Sequence record: DRR378314_1428
Strand: one strand, 5' to 3'
DNA: 37,151 bases
Every line of letters starts with the position of its first letter. Position 1 is the first letter of the stretch. The notes under the pieces were generated by a model, which made no database searches, was not told the DNA's origin, and saw only the letters and a list, made by a program, of their open reading frames with translations. Positions 1-8,991 of this stretch are shown here, one piece after another. The position numbers and the translations under genes were made by a program.

Positions 1-1
1 T

Positions 2-868
2 ACCGATGTTGCTGCCCGTGGTATTGATGTGGATGATATTACACACGTAATCAACTATCAACTGCCCGATGAGATCGAAACGTACACCCACCGTAGTGGA
101 CGTACGGGACGTGCCGGTAAATCCGGTATTTCCATGGTTATCATCACTCGCTCCGAGCTTAGAAAAATCAAGGCCATCGAAAAGAAGATTCAACAGGAAT
201 TTATATCCAAGAAAATTCCAGATGGTATCGAAATTTGCGAGATTCAATTGTATCATTTGGCCAATAAGATCAAGGAAACCGAAATCAATAAAGAAATTGA
301 GAGTTACCTACCCGCCATTAACGATGTTTTGGAAGGTATTGATCGTGACGAACTCATCAAAAAGATTGTTTCTGTAGAATTTACCCAGTTTTATAACTAT
401 TACAGTAAAACCAAGGATCTTAATAGTCAGGATTCCGGTAAGGACAGAGGAACTTCTAAAGGAGATATTCCATCAGAAGGTTCTGTTCGCTACTTTATCA
501 ATGTTGGGGAACGTGATGGTTACGACTGGATGTCACTAAAGGATTTCCTTCGTGATACGCTTAAATTGGAAAAAGAGGACATCTACAATGTAGATACCAA
601 GGACACCTTCTCATTCTTTAATTCCGATGCACAACTGACCGAATTCATTCTTCAAACCTTTACCGAGTTCAAGGTGGACGGACGTTTTATCAATGTTGAA
701 GTTTCCAAGAACCCCGGCGGTGGCGGTGGCGGCGGAAAAGGAGGCAAAAAACGTCGTGGCAAAAAAGGCGGAGGATACCGTGGAGGAAATAAATCATCCT
801 ATAAAGGTGGTGGAAAAAAAGGAGGCTACGGTAAAAAAGGAGGCAAGAAAAAGCAGGGATTTTATTAG
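2..868 (+). CDS. DEAD/DEAH-box RNA helicase (DeaD/CsdA-like), 5'-truncated by window; DbpA-type RNA-binding domain and Gly/Lys-rich tail
   Basis: The frame is open from base 2. It shows TDVAARGID (motif V), [12 protein letters not shown] (motif VI) and [11 protein letters not shown] (DbpA-like domain). The listed GTG start at 29 is internal. Confidence 0.93.
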   Translation, partial: TDVAARGIDVDDITHVINYQLPDEIETYTHRSGRTGRAGKSGISMVIITRSELRKIKAIEKKIQQEFISKKIPDGIEICEIQLYHLANKIKETEINKEIESYLPAINDVLEGIDRDELIKKIVSVEFTQFYNYYSKTKDLNSQDSGKDRGTSKGDIPSEGSVRYFINVGERDGYDWMSLKDFLRDTLKLEKEDIYNVDTKDTFSFFNSDAQLTEFILQTFTEFKVDGRFINVEVSKNPGGGGGGGKGGKKRRGKKGGGYRGGNKSSYKGGGKKGGYGKKGGKKKQGFY

Positions 869-943
869 TTAATTCTATATTAAATGGTAAGTATCTCCTA
901 TTTATTTTTCTTTGTTTAGTACTTTTATAGCTACAAAGATTGC

Positions 944-1726
944 ATGAGAAGATTACTACTTATACTATTGTCCCTAATCCCAATGCTCGGTTTTTCTCAA
1001 GTTGAAGAAAATCAGAACCAAGAAATAATGGATTTTACCGCTACGGTAATCAATGCCCAAACGGAATTTCCTTTGGAAAGTGTGCACGTAGTAAACTTGA
1101 ACCAAGTGAAGGGTACCATTACGAACCAAAATGGGAAGTTTACTATTCCAGCAGCAGTAAATGACACGCTTTACTTTTCGTACTTAGGATTTAAAACCCA
1201 GAAAGTACGCGTTACCAATGATATGTTCCGATTTGGGAACACTGAAATTGCGCTGACAGAGTTGGCCTACGCACTGGAAGAAGTGATTGTAACACCATAT
1301 CAGCTTACGGGCTATTTGGAAATCGATGTTAAGAATCTTCCGGTAAACAACGCATATCAATACAGTATCTCCGGCCTTAACACCAGTTATGAGGCCGGAA
1401 ACAAAAGTCCGAGCGCTGTCACCAAAGTTTTAGGGGCAATTCTGAATCCTGCCGATCTTTTACGGAATCTCTTTGGAAAAAAACCTAGGCAAATGCGTAA
1501 GCTGCGTCAAATCAAGGAAGATGACAATATCAGAGACCTTTTGGCATCAAAATTTGACAGGGAAACCCTTACTGAATTGCTGCAACTGGAAAAAGTTGAC
1601 ATTGAGGACATTCTCAACAATTGCAACTACTCAAAATCCTTTATCAAAACAGCTAACGATCTCCAGATTTTGGATGCTATATCCAGCTGCTATGAAGAGT
1701 ATAAAGTACTGAACAGAAACAATTAA
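944..1726 (+). CDS. Secreted protein with carboxypeptidase-regulatory-like (CarboxypepD_reg) N-terminal domain
   Basis: Signal peptide ...GFSQ and the motif GTITNQNGKFTI...DTLYFSYLGFKT...LEEVIV, typical of Bacteroidota. Confidence 0.8.
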   Translation: MRRLLLILLSLIPMLGFSQVEENQNQEIMDFTATVINAQTEFPLESVHVVNLNQVKGTITNQNGKFTIPAAVNDTLYFSYLGFKTQKVRVTNDMFRFGNTEIALTELAYALEEVIVTPYQLTGYLEIDVKNLPVNNAYQYSISGLNTSYEAGNKSPSAVTKVLGAILNPADLLRNLFGKKPRQMRKLRQIKEDDNIRDLLASKFDRETLTELLQLEKVDIEDILNNCNYSKSFIKTANDLQILDAISSCYEEYKVLNRNN

Positions 1727-1824
1727 CCCGTATCGAGATCTTACTGATGGGTCTGTCTAACAGCGCAATAAATAAATTTTATTTTTACCGACGCATTTTA
1801 TAGCTTTAGACAAAATCCCAATAC

Positions 1825-3507
1825 ATGAAAAAACTACTTGTTGTTTTGTCAATCTTATCCCTATTTAGTGGCTGCAAGAAAGTTGAAAAAAAGCAGCAGA
1901 CCCAGCAGGTAGTTGAAGAGCAAACTCCAAAAAAAGAAGTGCCCTTTGTTTGGGAGGGTGCCAATATTTACTTTTTACTTACCGACCGTTTTAACAATGG
2001 AAACCCGAATAACGATGTCAATTTTGATAGAACCGAAGAAACTGGGGTTTTAAGAGGTTTTGAGGGAGGCGATATTGAAGGGATTACCAAAAAAATTGAA
2101 GATGGCTATTTTACCGACCTGGGAATAAATGCCATTTGGTTTACACCTGTGGTAGAACAAATTCACGGAGCAACCGACGAAGGTACAGGCAAAACCTATG
2201 GCTATCATGGGTACTGGGCCAAGGATTGGACCGCTATCGACCCCAATTTTGGAACACGAAAAGACCTTGAGAAACTAGTAAAAACGGCTCATAGCAAAGG
2301 AATTCGCATTCTTTTGGATGTAGTGCTGAACCACACGGGGCCAGTCACCGAGAAAGACCCTGTTTGGCCCGATGATTGGGTAAGAACGGGGCCGACATGT
2401 GAGTTTACCACATATGAAAACACCACCGCTTGTACTTTGGTGGGCAATTTGCCGGATATCTTAACCGAATCTGATGAAGCAGTCGAACTGCCCGACGCAT
2501 TGTTGGCCAAATGGAAAGCCGAGGGCCGTTTGAGCAAAGAGTTGGATGAACTCCACCTGTTTTTTGAACGAACCGGATATCCCAGAGCGCCACGATACTA
2601 CATCATCAAATGGCTTACCGATTATATCAATGATTTAGGGGTAGATGGCTTCCGTGTAGACACTGTAAAGCACGTAAATGAAAATGCATGGTCCGACTTG
2701 CACAAAGAGGCCAACTATGCCTTTGAAATGTGGAAGAAAAAACATCAAGATAAAATTTTGGATGACAATCCTTTCTATATGGTGGGTGAAGTCTACAACT
2801 ATGGTATTACCGGAGGTCGTAAATTTGATTTTGGTGACAAAAAAGTAGACTTCTTTGATTACGGATTCAAGAGCCTTATCAATTTTGAACTCAAAAATGA
2901 TGCAGACAAGAGCTACGAAACCATTTTTAAAAAATACAGCAAACTGCTCCACACCAAGCTCAAGGATAAAAGTGTACTCAACTATTTAACCTCCCACGAT
3001 GATGGTGCACCTTACGACAAAGATCGAACAAAACCCTATCGCACGGCCAATGTACTTTTGCTTACGCCAGGTGCATCGCAAGTATATTATGGCGATGAAA
3101 CATCGAGAGATTTAACCATTGAAGGAACCGAAGGCGATGCCACGTTGCGTTCGTTTATGAACTGGGAAGATTTGGACAGCCTTCCAGAAACGCAAAAAAT
3201 CCACAAGCATTGGCAAAAGCTGGGGCAATTTCGTGCAAAACATCCCGCAATCGGTGCCGGAAAGCATAAACGATTGGCCAAATCGCCCTACGTATTCTCA
3301 AGAACCTATGTCAATGGCGATTATCGAGATAAAGTGGTTGTTGGACTGGACTTACCTAAAGGTAAAAAATCCCTTTGGGTCAAGGGTTTCTTTGGTGATG
3401 GCACCACATTGTACGACACTTATTCGGAAACCGAGGTTGTGGTGGCCAACGGTAAAGTTATCCTGGAAAATGATTTTGATATTGCTTTATTAGAACTTGT
3501 AGAATAA
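1825..3507 (+). CDS. GH13 alpha-amylase family lipoprotein
   Basis: Lipobox FSGC. GH13 conserved regions DVVLNH, GFRVDTVKH (catalytic Asp), VGEVY (Glu) and LTSHDD, plus YHGYWAKD. Confidence 0.92.
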   Translation: MKKLLVVLSILSLFSGCKKVEKKQQTQQVVEEQTPKKEVPFVWEGANIYFLLTDRFNNGNPNNDVNFDRTEETGVLRGFEGGDIEGITKKIEDGYFTDLGINAIWFTPVVEQIHGATDEGTGKTYGYHGYWAKDWTAIDPNFGTRKDLEKLVKTAHSKGIRILLDVVLNHTGPVTEKDPVWPDDWVRTGPTCEFTTYENTTACTLVGNLPDILTESDEAVELPDALLAKWKAEGRLSKELDELHLFFERTGYPRAPRYYIIKWLTDYINDLGVDGFRVDTVKHVNENAWSDLHKEANYAFEMWKKKHQDKILDDNPFYMVGEVYNYGITGGRKFDFGDKKVDFFDYGFKSLINFELKNDADKSYETIFKKYSKLLHTKLKDKSVLNYLTSHDDGAPYDKDRTKPYRTANVLLLTPGASQVYYGDETSRDLTIEGTEGDATLRSFMNWEDLDSLPETQKIHKHWQKLGQFRAKHPAIGAGKHKRLAKSPYVFSRTYVNGDYRDKVVVGLDLPKGKKSLWVKGFFGDGTTLYDTYSETEVVVANGKVILENDFDIALLELVE

Positions 3508-3510
3508 TTT

Positions 3511-3891
3511 CTATTGTCTGGAATGCAGTGCGATTCGGTTCCCTTCAGAATCCAAAAATACTGCCATATACCCAATTTCCGGGCTTATTTGTGTCTTGGA
3601 TTGAACAATCTTACCACCACTGGGTTCAATACGACCAAGTTCGTTTTGAAGATCCAAACTATTAAAATAAATAAGTACACCGTCACTCTCACTGGGCTTA
3701 TACCAATCCTTGTTTTGGATCAATGTACCTGCAGCACCAGGTTTTCCGTGATCTGAAGGAAACCATCCCATTTTGGTGCCTCCAAAATCCTGTAACTTTA
3801 TCTCCACTTGAAACACCGCATCATAAAACGCTTTGGCACGCTCCATATCCGCAACTGGAATCTCGAACCAGCCCACCATATTAAAATCCAT
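3511..3891 (-). CDS. VOC/glyoxalase family protein
   Basis: VGWFEIPVADMERAKAFY...FLDSEGNRIALHS. Confidence 0.88.
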   Translation of the reverse strand: MDFNMVGWFEIPVADMERAKAFYDAVFQVEIKLQDFGGTKMGWFPSDHGKPGAAGTLIQNKDWYKPSESDGVLIYFNSLDLQNELGRIEPSGGKIVQSKTQISPEIGYMAVFLDSEGNRIALHSRQ

Positions 3892-3894
3892 AGT

Positions 3895-4422
3895 TTATTT
3901 GTTTTCTAAAATTTCCTTTAAACTGGCCAGCCCTTCTTCAAAGTCTTTGCCTACCGCCTTGTCCATGCTCATAAACAGCATCATAATACTCATGGGAAAT
4001 TTGTTCTTTCCAGAGAAGCCCCAAATTACTTTGGTCCTGTCCTGTTCAATCTCTTTGGTTATAATGTAGGCATCGGAAGTGGACTTAAATGGTTTCAAAA
4101 ACCGAAGCTGAGACTCAATGCTATCACCCTCCACAATTTTGGTGATTTCTTGCTTCCCTTCCCCTACTTCCTTGTTCCCTTTCCAATAACTAATGGCACC
4201 GACTTCCCCATCGGTACCGGTGAACTTTTTTTCCATATTGGGGTCACGTTTCCCCCATGGCGACCATTCATCCTGCTTTTTTAAGGATTTGAGGTAATCG
4301 AAAACAACCTTTTTGGGTTTGGCGATTTCAATAGATCGGGAAACATTGTAATTTTTTGGGGCGATGGCTGCCAAAACAAGAACAAGCACCACAATGCCCA
4401 AGACAATATAAAGAACCAACAT
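3895..4422 (-). CDS. SRPBCC (polyketide cyclase/START-like) family protein with N-terminal membrane anchor
   Basis: Hydrophobic N-terminus, then VSRSIEI...WSPW...DFEEGLASLKEILE. Confidence 0.85.
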   Translation of the reverse strand: MLVLYIVLGIVVLVLVLAAIAPKNYNVSRSIEIAKPKKVVFDYLKSLKKQDEWSPWGKRDPNMEKKFTGTDGEVGAISYWKGNKEVGEGKQEITKIVEGDSIESQLRFLKPFKSTSDAYIITKEIEQDRTKVIWGFSGKNKFPMSIMMLFMSMDKAVGKDFEEGLASLKEILENK

Positions 4423-4464
4423 AACTGTAATTGATTGATTAACAGTTAAAAGTACAAAAATTAT

Positions 4465-5118
4465 TTACGCGTCAAGATATCTTTTTATGATGCCTTCCAC
4501 ATCTTTGATGGATTTTTTTGTCCAGTCCAGCCTTTTTTCAAGAAATTCAATATCGGACAATTGCCAATTGAGGTCAGATGCTCGTACTTTTTGTGCCAAT
4601 TGCTGTATAATGATGGCCGCTGAAACGGAAACATTCAAGCTTTCCGAAAAGCCTACCATGGGAATCTTGAGAAAACCATCCGCCTGCTGCATCACCTCCT
4701 CGGAGAGCCCTTCTTTTTCCGTGCCAAAGAAAATCGCCGATTTCACGCTTGGGAAGAAATCAGGCAACATAGTGGAATCGTTGTGCGGCGTAGTGGCGAT
4801 GATTTGGTAACCATCTCCTTTTAATCTAGCCATACAATCCGCGGTGGTTTGGTATCGGTAAACATCCACCCATTGTTCGGCACCCATCGCAATATTTTTA
4901 TCCAATCGCTTACCAAAACGGTTCTCTACTACGTGCAAGTCTTGTACCCCAAAAACATCACAACTTCGTATAATGGCACTGGTGTTGTGCAGTTGGTATA
5001 CATCTTCCACGGCAACGGTTATGTGCTTGGTCCGGTGTTGCAAGACATCCGAAAAACGTTGTTTGCGTTCTTCCGTAAGATAGGTTTCCAAATATGTCAA
5101 CAAATCATCGTCAAACAT
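4465..5118 (-). CDS. trmH: TrmH/SpoU family tRNA/rRNA 2'-O-methyltransferase
   Basis: EDVYQLHNTSAIIRSCD, FGTEKEGLS and IPMVGFSESLNVSVSAAI. I moved the start to the ATG at 5118 (MFDDDLL) because the 30 upstream codons are AT-rich promoter sequence. Confidence 0.88.
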   Translation of the reverse strand: MFDDDLLTYLETYLTEERKQRFSDVLQHRTKHITVAVEDVYQLHNTSAIIRSCDVFGVQDLHVVENRFGKRLDKNIAMGAEQWVDVYRYQTTADCMARLKGDGYQIIATTPHNDSTMLPDFFPSVKSAIFFGTEKEGLSEEVMQQADGFLKIPMVGFSESLNVSVSAAIIIQQLAQKVRASDLNWQLSDIEFLEKRLDWTKKSIKDVEGIIKRYLDA

Positions 5119-5223
5119 AAAACCAAGATAGGAAAAATTGAAAGTCTGGTTTTTAAAAAAATAGATTGAGTTTCTGGTAAATTGCTCTAAATTAGATATT
5201 GAGAACAATTAAAACAAAATGTT

Positions 5224-6921
5224 ATGCGCTATGTTAAACCACTGACTTTGCTTTTTGCCACCCTGATTCTTAGCTCCTGCAAGCAGGAGAATAAACCAAA
5301 TCCAGCGACCGTATACAGCGGTGGAGACATCATCACCATGGTAGGCAATACACCTACATATGCAGAAGCGGTCGTAGTCAAAAATGGTAAAATTGAATTT
5401 GCGGGAACTGCAAGTGAAGCAATGGAACTTGCAGGGAAAGGTCATAATATGATAGACTTACAAGGAAAAACCATGCTGCCCGGTTTTATTGATGGCCATG
5501 CCCATTTCTCTTCCTTTTCCACCCAGGCCATAGGAGCACAAATATTACCCCCACCAGACGCAGGGGCAAAAGACATCCCAACACTCATTAAAATCTTGAA
5601 AGAATGGAACACTCCAGAAAACAGGGCCTTGACGGGATGGATTTTTGGAATGGGATTTGATGATTCGGTACTGGAGGAAAACAGGTTTCCCACCAAGCAC
5701 GATCTTGACAAAGTGTCCACCGAGTTCCCTGTTATGATTGTTCACATATCGGGTCATTTTGCCGTGGTCAACTCCAAAGGTCTGGAATTATTGGGCATTG
5801 ATGCTAGTATACAAAATCCAGAAGGAGGCATCATCCGGAGAGAAGAAAACAATGAACCCAATGGAGTTTTGGAAGAATTGGCGGCCATACCGTATTATAG
5901 CAAAGCATTGATTCCTACTTCGGAAGAAGCAGCAAATCAATTTTTTGAAGCCGGTCAAGATATGGCGCTTTCATACGGCTACACTACAGCTCAAGAAGGG
6001 AAAGATATGGGCAACGTGGAACAACTATCCGGTAAAGCCAATGCCGAAAGTTTAAAGCTAGATGTGGTTAGTTATGTCGATTATACATTTGTGGATAAAT
6101 ACATGGATACCAAATGGAACAGCAAATCCTATGATAATCATTATCGCATTGGTGGAATGAAAATAACCCTGGATGGTTCACCACAAGGCAGAACGGCTTG
6201 GCGAACCCAACCCTATTTAATTCCTCCCGATGGTGCTGATGAGGGGTACAAAGGATATCCGGCCATTCCAAGCGATAGTGTTTTGACTTCACTCTATGAA
6301 AAGGCCTTCAAAAACAACTGGCAAGTTTTAACCCATGCCAACGGTGATGCTGCCATAGATCAAATGATAAGGACAATGAAAGTTGCAGCCGATAAATTCG
6401 GTAATGAGGGTAGAAGAAATGTATTGATACATGGCCAATACGTACGCGAAGATCAATTAGACTCATTTAAGGAATTAGATGTTATAGCCTCCTTATTTCC
6501 TTTGCACACCTATTATTGGGGCGATTGGCACAAAAAAATCATCGGTGATAGTCTGGGCAACAAAATTAGTCCCACCAGAACAGCATTGGACAAGGGGTTG
6601 AAGATTACCATTCATACAGACGCACCTGTGGCATTGCCCAACTTGATGCGCATGGTTGGTATTTCCGTAGAACGCAAATCGCGATCGGGCCAGCTTATTG
6701 GAGCGAATGAAAAACTGACAGCTTACGAAGCCCTCAAAGCAATTACTGACTGGTCTGCCTATCAACATTTTGAGGGAAATTCCAAAGGAACATTGGAGGT
6801 GGGAAAGTTAGCGGATATGGTGATTTTGGATAAAAATCCTTTAAAAATACCAGAAGAGGAAATAAAAGATGTGGTAGTCTTGGAAACCATTAAAGAAGGG
6901 ATATCCGTTTATAAGAAATAG
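5224..6921 (+). CDS. Metal-dependent amidohydrolase (Amidohydro_3, YtcJ/NfdA-like), lipoprotein
   Basis: Lipobox LSSC; motifs PGFIDGHAH, KITLDGS, HANGDAA, HTDAPV and GTLEVGKLADMVILD. Confidence 0.88.
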   Translation: MRYVKPLTLLFATLILSSCKQENKPNPATVYSGGDIITMVGNTPTYAEAVVVKNGKIEFAGTASEAMELAGKGHNMIDLQGKTMLPGFIDGHAHFSSFSTQAIGAQILPPPDAGAKDIPTLIKILKEWNTPENRALTGWIFGMGFDDSVLEENRFPTKHDLDKVSTEFPVMIVHISGHFAVVNSKGLELLGIDASIQNPEGGIIRREENNEPNGVLEELAAIPYYSKALIPTSEEAANQFFEAGQDMALSYGYTTAQEGKDMGNVEQLSGKANAESLKLDVVSYVDYTFVDKYMDTKWNSKSYDNHYRIGGMKITLDGSPQGRTAWRTQPYLIPPDGADEGYKGYPAIPSDSVLTSLYEKAFKNNWQVLTHANGDAAIDQMIRTMKVAADKFGNEGRRNVLIHGQYVREDQLDSFKELDVIASLFPLHTYYWGDWHKKIIGDSLGNKISPTRTALDKGLKITIHTDAPVALPNLMRMVGISVERKSRSGQLIGANEKLTAYEALKAITDWSAYQHFEGNSKGTLEVGKLADMVILDKNPLKIPEEEIKDVVVLETIKEGISVYKK

Positions 6922-7048
6922 CCTTTTCCAAATTGTTTTTATCCAAGTACACCATCAAAAGAGTTCATCTTACCTTGCTGCAATTACTATGCTTTGGTAT
7001 ACTTTTAGTACTATTGATTTATTACCTTGGAATTGAAATTGAAACAGA

Positions 7049-7224
7049 ATGAGCACATTAATAGTAAAATCCAACCCAGAAGTTGAGGCGAATCAACCCC
7101 AGCTTTACATAATGCCAATTACGATTTCCCGGACGAGCTAATACCTAAAGAAGTATCTGTGTTCAAATCCATAATTTTGAAGATTAAAGAAAAAAATAAA
7201 AAATGCCCAAACAAAAAATCGTAG
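7049..7224 (+). pseudogene. Deletion scar: 14-codon gene start (MSTLIVKSNPEVEA, DUF1801-like) joined out of frame to the C-terminal remnant of an M20D amidohydrolase (GESTPALHNANYDFPDELI...)
   Basis: Hand translation gives an ATG at 7049. A second frame from 7087 carries the PxLHNxxYDFPDE motif of M20D peptidases and is preceded by TGA at 7084-7086. Confidence 0.65.
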
Positions 7225-7895
7225 TGCTTACTGGAGCGGGAATGAGTGCCGAAAGCGGTCTAAAGACCTTTCGGGACGAAAACGGGCTTTGGGAAGGCCA
7301 TGATGTAATGCAAGTAGCCTCGCCCCAAGGGTTTGCCAGCAATCCTGAACTTGTGTTGGAATTTTATAATCTACGTAGAAAACAATTGTTGGAAGTCTCC
7401 CCAAATGCCGGCCATAATGCTTTGGCCAAACTAGAGGATGTTTTTGATGTCAGTATCATAACCCAAAATGTAGATAATTTGCATGAGCAGGCAGGAAGTT
7501 CCCACGTGGTGCACCTGCACGGAGAATTGCTCAAAGTACGGAGCACGGTGGACGAAAACCACATATTGGATTGGAAAAAAGATTTGGTCTTGGGCGATGT
7601 TGACGAGAACGGGCATCAACTGCGCCCGCATATTGTTTGGTTCGGGGAAATGGTCCCTTTGTTGGAAACTGCTGCGCAAATTACCCAACAAGCCGACAAA
7701 GTCATTATTGTCGGAACCTCCATGCAAGTGTATCCTGCCGCAAGCTTAATCCACTACGCACCTGATCAAACCCCTATTTACTTTATAGACCCGCGGCCCA
7801 ATATTCGCAACTCGGATTTTGAAAATCTAACAATAATTTCCAAAACTGCTGCCAAGGGTGTTCCGGTTTTAGTGGAAGAACTTATCAATAATTAG
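7203..7895 (+). CDS. cobB: NAD-dependent protein deacylase (Sir2 family, class III)
   Basis: TGAGMSAESGLKTFRD, ITQNVDNLHE, HLHGEL, LRPHIVWFGE and GTSMQVYPAA. Confidence 0.95.
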   Translation: MPKQKIVVLTGAGMSAESGLKTFRDENGLWEGHDVMQVASPQGFASNPELVLEFYNLRRKQLLEVSPNAGHNALAKLEDVFDVSIITQNVDNLHEQAGSSHVVHLHGELLKVRSTVDENHILDWKKDLVLGDVDENGHQLRPHIVWFGEMVPLLETAAQITQQADKVIIVGTSMQVYPAASLIHYAPDQTPIYFIDPRPNIRNSDFENLTIISKTAAKGVPVLVEELINN

Positions 7896-8337
7896 CTCTT
7901 GCTGTCTCGGCCCAAGACAATAAAGCACTTATTTGCTCTTCCGACAAGTCGGCGTCCGCATGAGTCCAAGTGTATTCGTTCAAGGGCATTTTGCCTTCTT
8001 TAACCTCTTCAATCAACTCCTCTAATTTGTGATCCTTCTTTTTGGCATCATAATTCTCCCAATCGGAAAAATTCAGATGTTCCTTGCCCTCTTCTATATG
8101 ATCTGCCAACCAATAGGAAACCGGAGCGATATTATTGTACCACGGATACACTGTGTTCGCACTATGGCAATCGTAACAGGCTGTTTTTAGAATCTTCTTG
8201 ACTTCGGCAGGAGGTTGGGTCTCCGTTTCAAAAGCAGTGACATAGTCACCTTCGGAAATATTCTTTTCAGGACGGTAAAATTGCATTCCCGCAAGCACAA
8301 CCAACAGTACAATTGCTATTTTTTTTACTATTTTCAT
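7885..8337 (-). CDS. Haem-binding (Haem_bd) c-type cytochrome domain protein
   Basis: N-terminal hydrophobic segment, CYDCH haem-attachment motif, YPWY, LNFSDW and MP. Confidence 0.85.
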   Translation of the reverse strand: MKIVKKIAIVLLVVLAGMQFYRPEKNISEGDYVTAFETETQPPAEVKKILKTACYDCHSANTVYPWYNNIAPVSYWLADHIEEGKEHLNFSDWENYDAKKKDHKLEELIEEVKEGKMPLNEYTWTHADADLSEEQISALLSWAETARANY

Positions 8338-8372
8338 TACGTTCAGAATTTTAGTAAATATATTATTTTTTC

Positions 8373-8945
8373 GTGACCAAAGAGGAACTCCATATCAGAC
8401 TTAATTCAGGTAGAATATCAAAACCTCAAATAAATGGTTTGGTGCAGCAATTAGAGAAGCAACCCGAGATGGCCCAAGCACTTTTTAATGAGGTGTTATT
8501 GGAAGACAAAGTGGGAACTTTCAATGCCAGTTGGACCTTTGACCATTTGATGCGAAAAAAGCTTATTTACATCCTTCCCATTTTTGAAGACTTCGTCAAT
8601 AGACTTTCAGAATTGAAAACCGAATCTTGTATTCGGCCCATTGCGCACGTCTGTGAAATGGTCTGCGAAGCATATTTCAAAAAAAATAATCCTGATTTTG
8701 TTCAAAACATTACGGATGACCAATTGGAAAAAATGATGTCCTCCTGCTTCGATTGGCTTATTGGCCCCATGAACATAGCGCCCAAAGTGTTTTCCATGAC
8801 CTGTCTGTATTATTTAGGTTTAAAATTTGATTGGGTACACCCTGAACTCAAACTAGTGTTGGAAGACAGCTACGCCACAGGGACCACTGGCTACAAAAAC
8901 CGAGCAAAAAAAACTCTGGATAAGTTGGCCGAATTGGGCGTCTAA
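8373..8945 (+). CDS. Conserved hypothetical alpha-helical protein upstream of purB
   Basis: 190-aa ORF with coding-like composition. It lacks the fumarase/lyase signature, so it is not itself PurB. Confidence 0.7.
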   Translation: MTKEELHIRLNSGRISKPQINGLVQQLEKQPEMAQALFNEVLLEDKVGTFNASWTFDHLMRKKLIYILPIFEDFVNRLSELKTESCIRPIAHVCEMVCEAYFKKNNPDFVQNITDDQLEKMMSSCFDWLIGPMNIAPKVFSMTCLYYLGLKFDWVHPELKLVLEDSYATGTTGYKNRAKKTLDKLAELGV

Positions 8946-8960
8946 ACTGAAGACTTTAAG

Positions 8961-8968
8961 TATCTTTG
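8961..8968 (+). promoter_or_regulatory. Bacteroidota sigma-A -7 promoter element for purB
   Basis: TATCTTTG matches TAnnTTTG, 23 nt before the ATG at 8992. Confidence 0.6.
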
Positions 8969-8991
8969 ATGCTTTCAAAATTTTCTTGACC

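Noticed and set aside
1825..3507. Polysaccharide utilisation locus around the amylase
   Set aside because: There is no susC/susD pair or regulator nearby, and the only TonB receptor is tied to the B12 riboswitch.
5119..5208. Long N-terminal extensions given by the ORF track for trmH (also rmuC 20908-20982 and DUF4252 12679-12729)
   Set aside because: The extensions run through AT-rich promoter regions or the upstream gene. Downstream ATGs give family-typical starts.
7049..7224. Programmed frameshift joining the two fragments into a functional protein
   Set aside because: The product would be under 60 aa with no catalytic core. A deletion scar is the simpler explanation.
7203..7895. Sir2 protein as an anti-phage (Thoeris/DSR/Sir2-HerA) effector
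   Set aside because: It is a stand-alone 230-aa CobB-type deacylase in a housekeeping context with no defence partner genes.
8373..8945. Second adenylosuccinate lyase or split purB
   Set aside because: It has no lyase signature, and the downstream purB is complete with its own promoter box.
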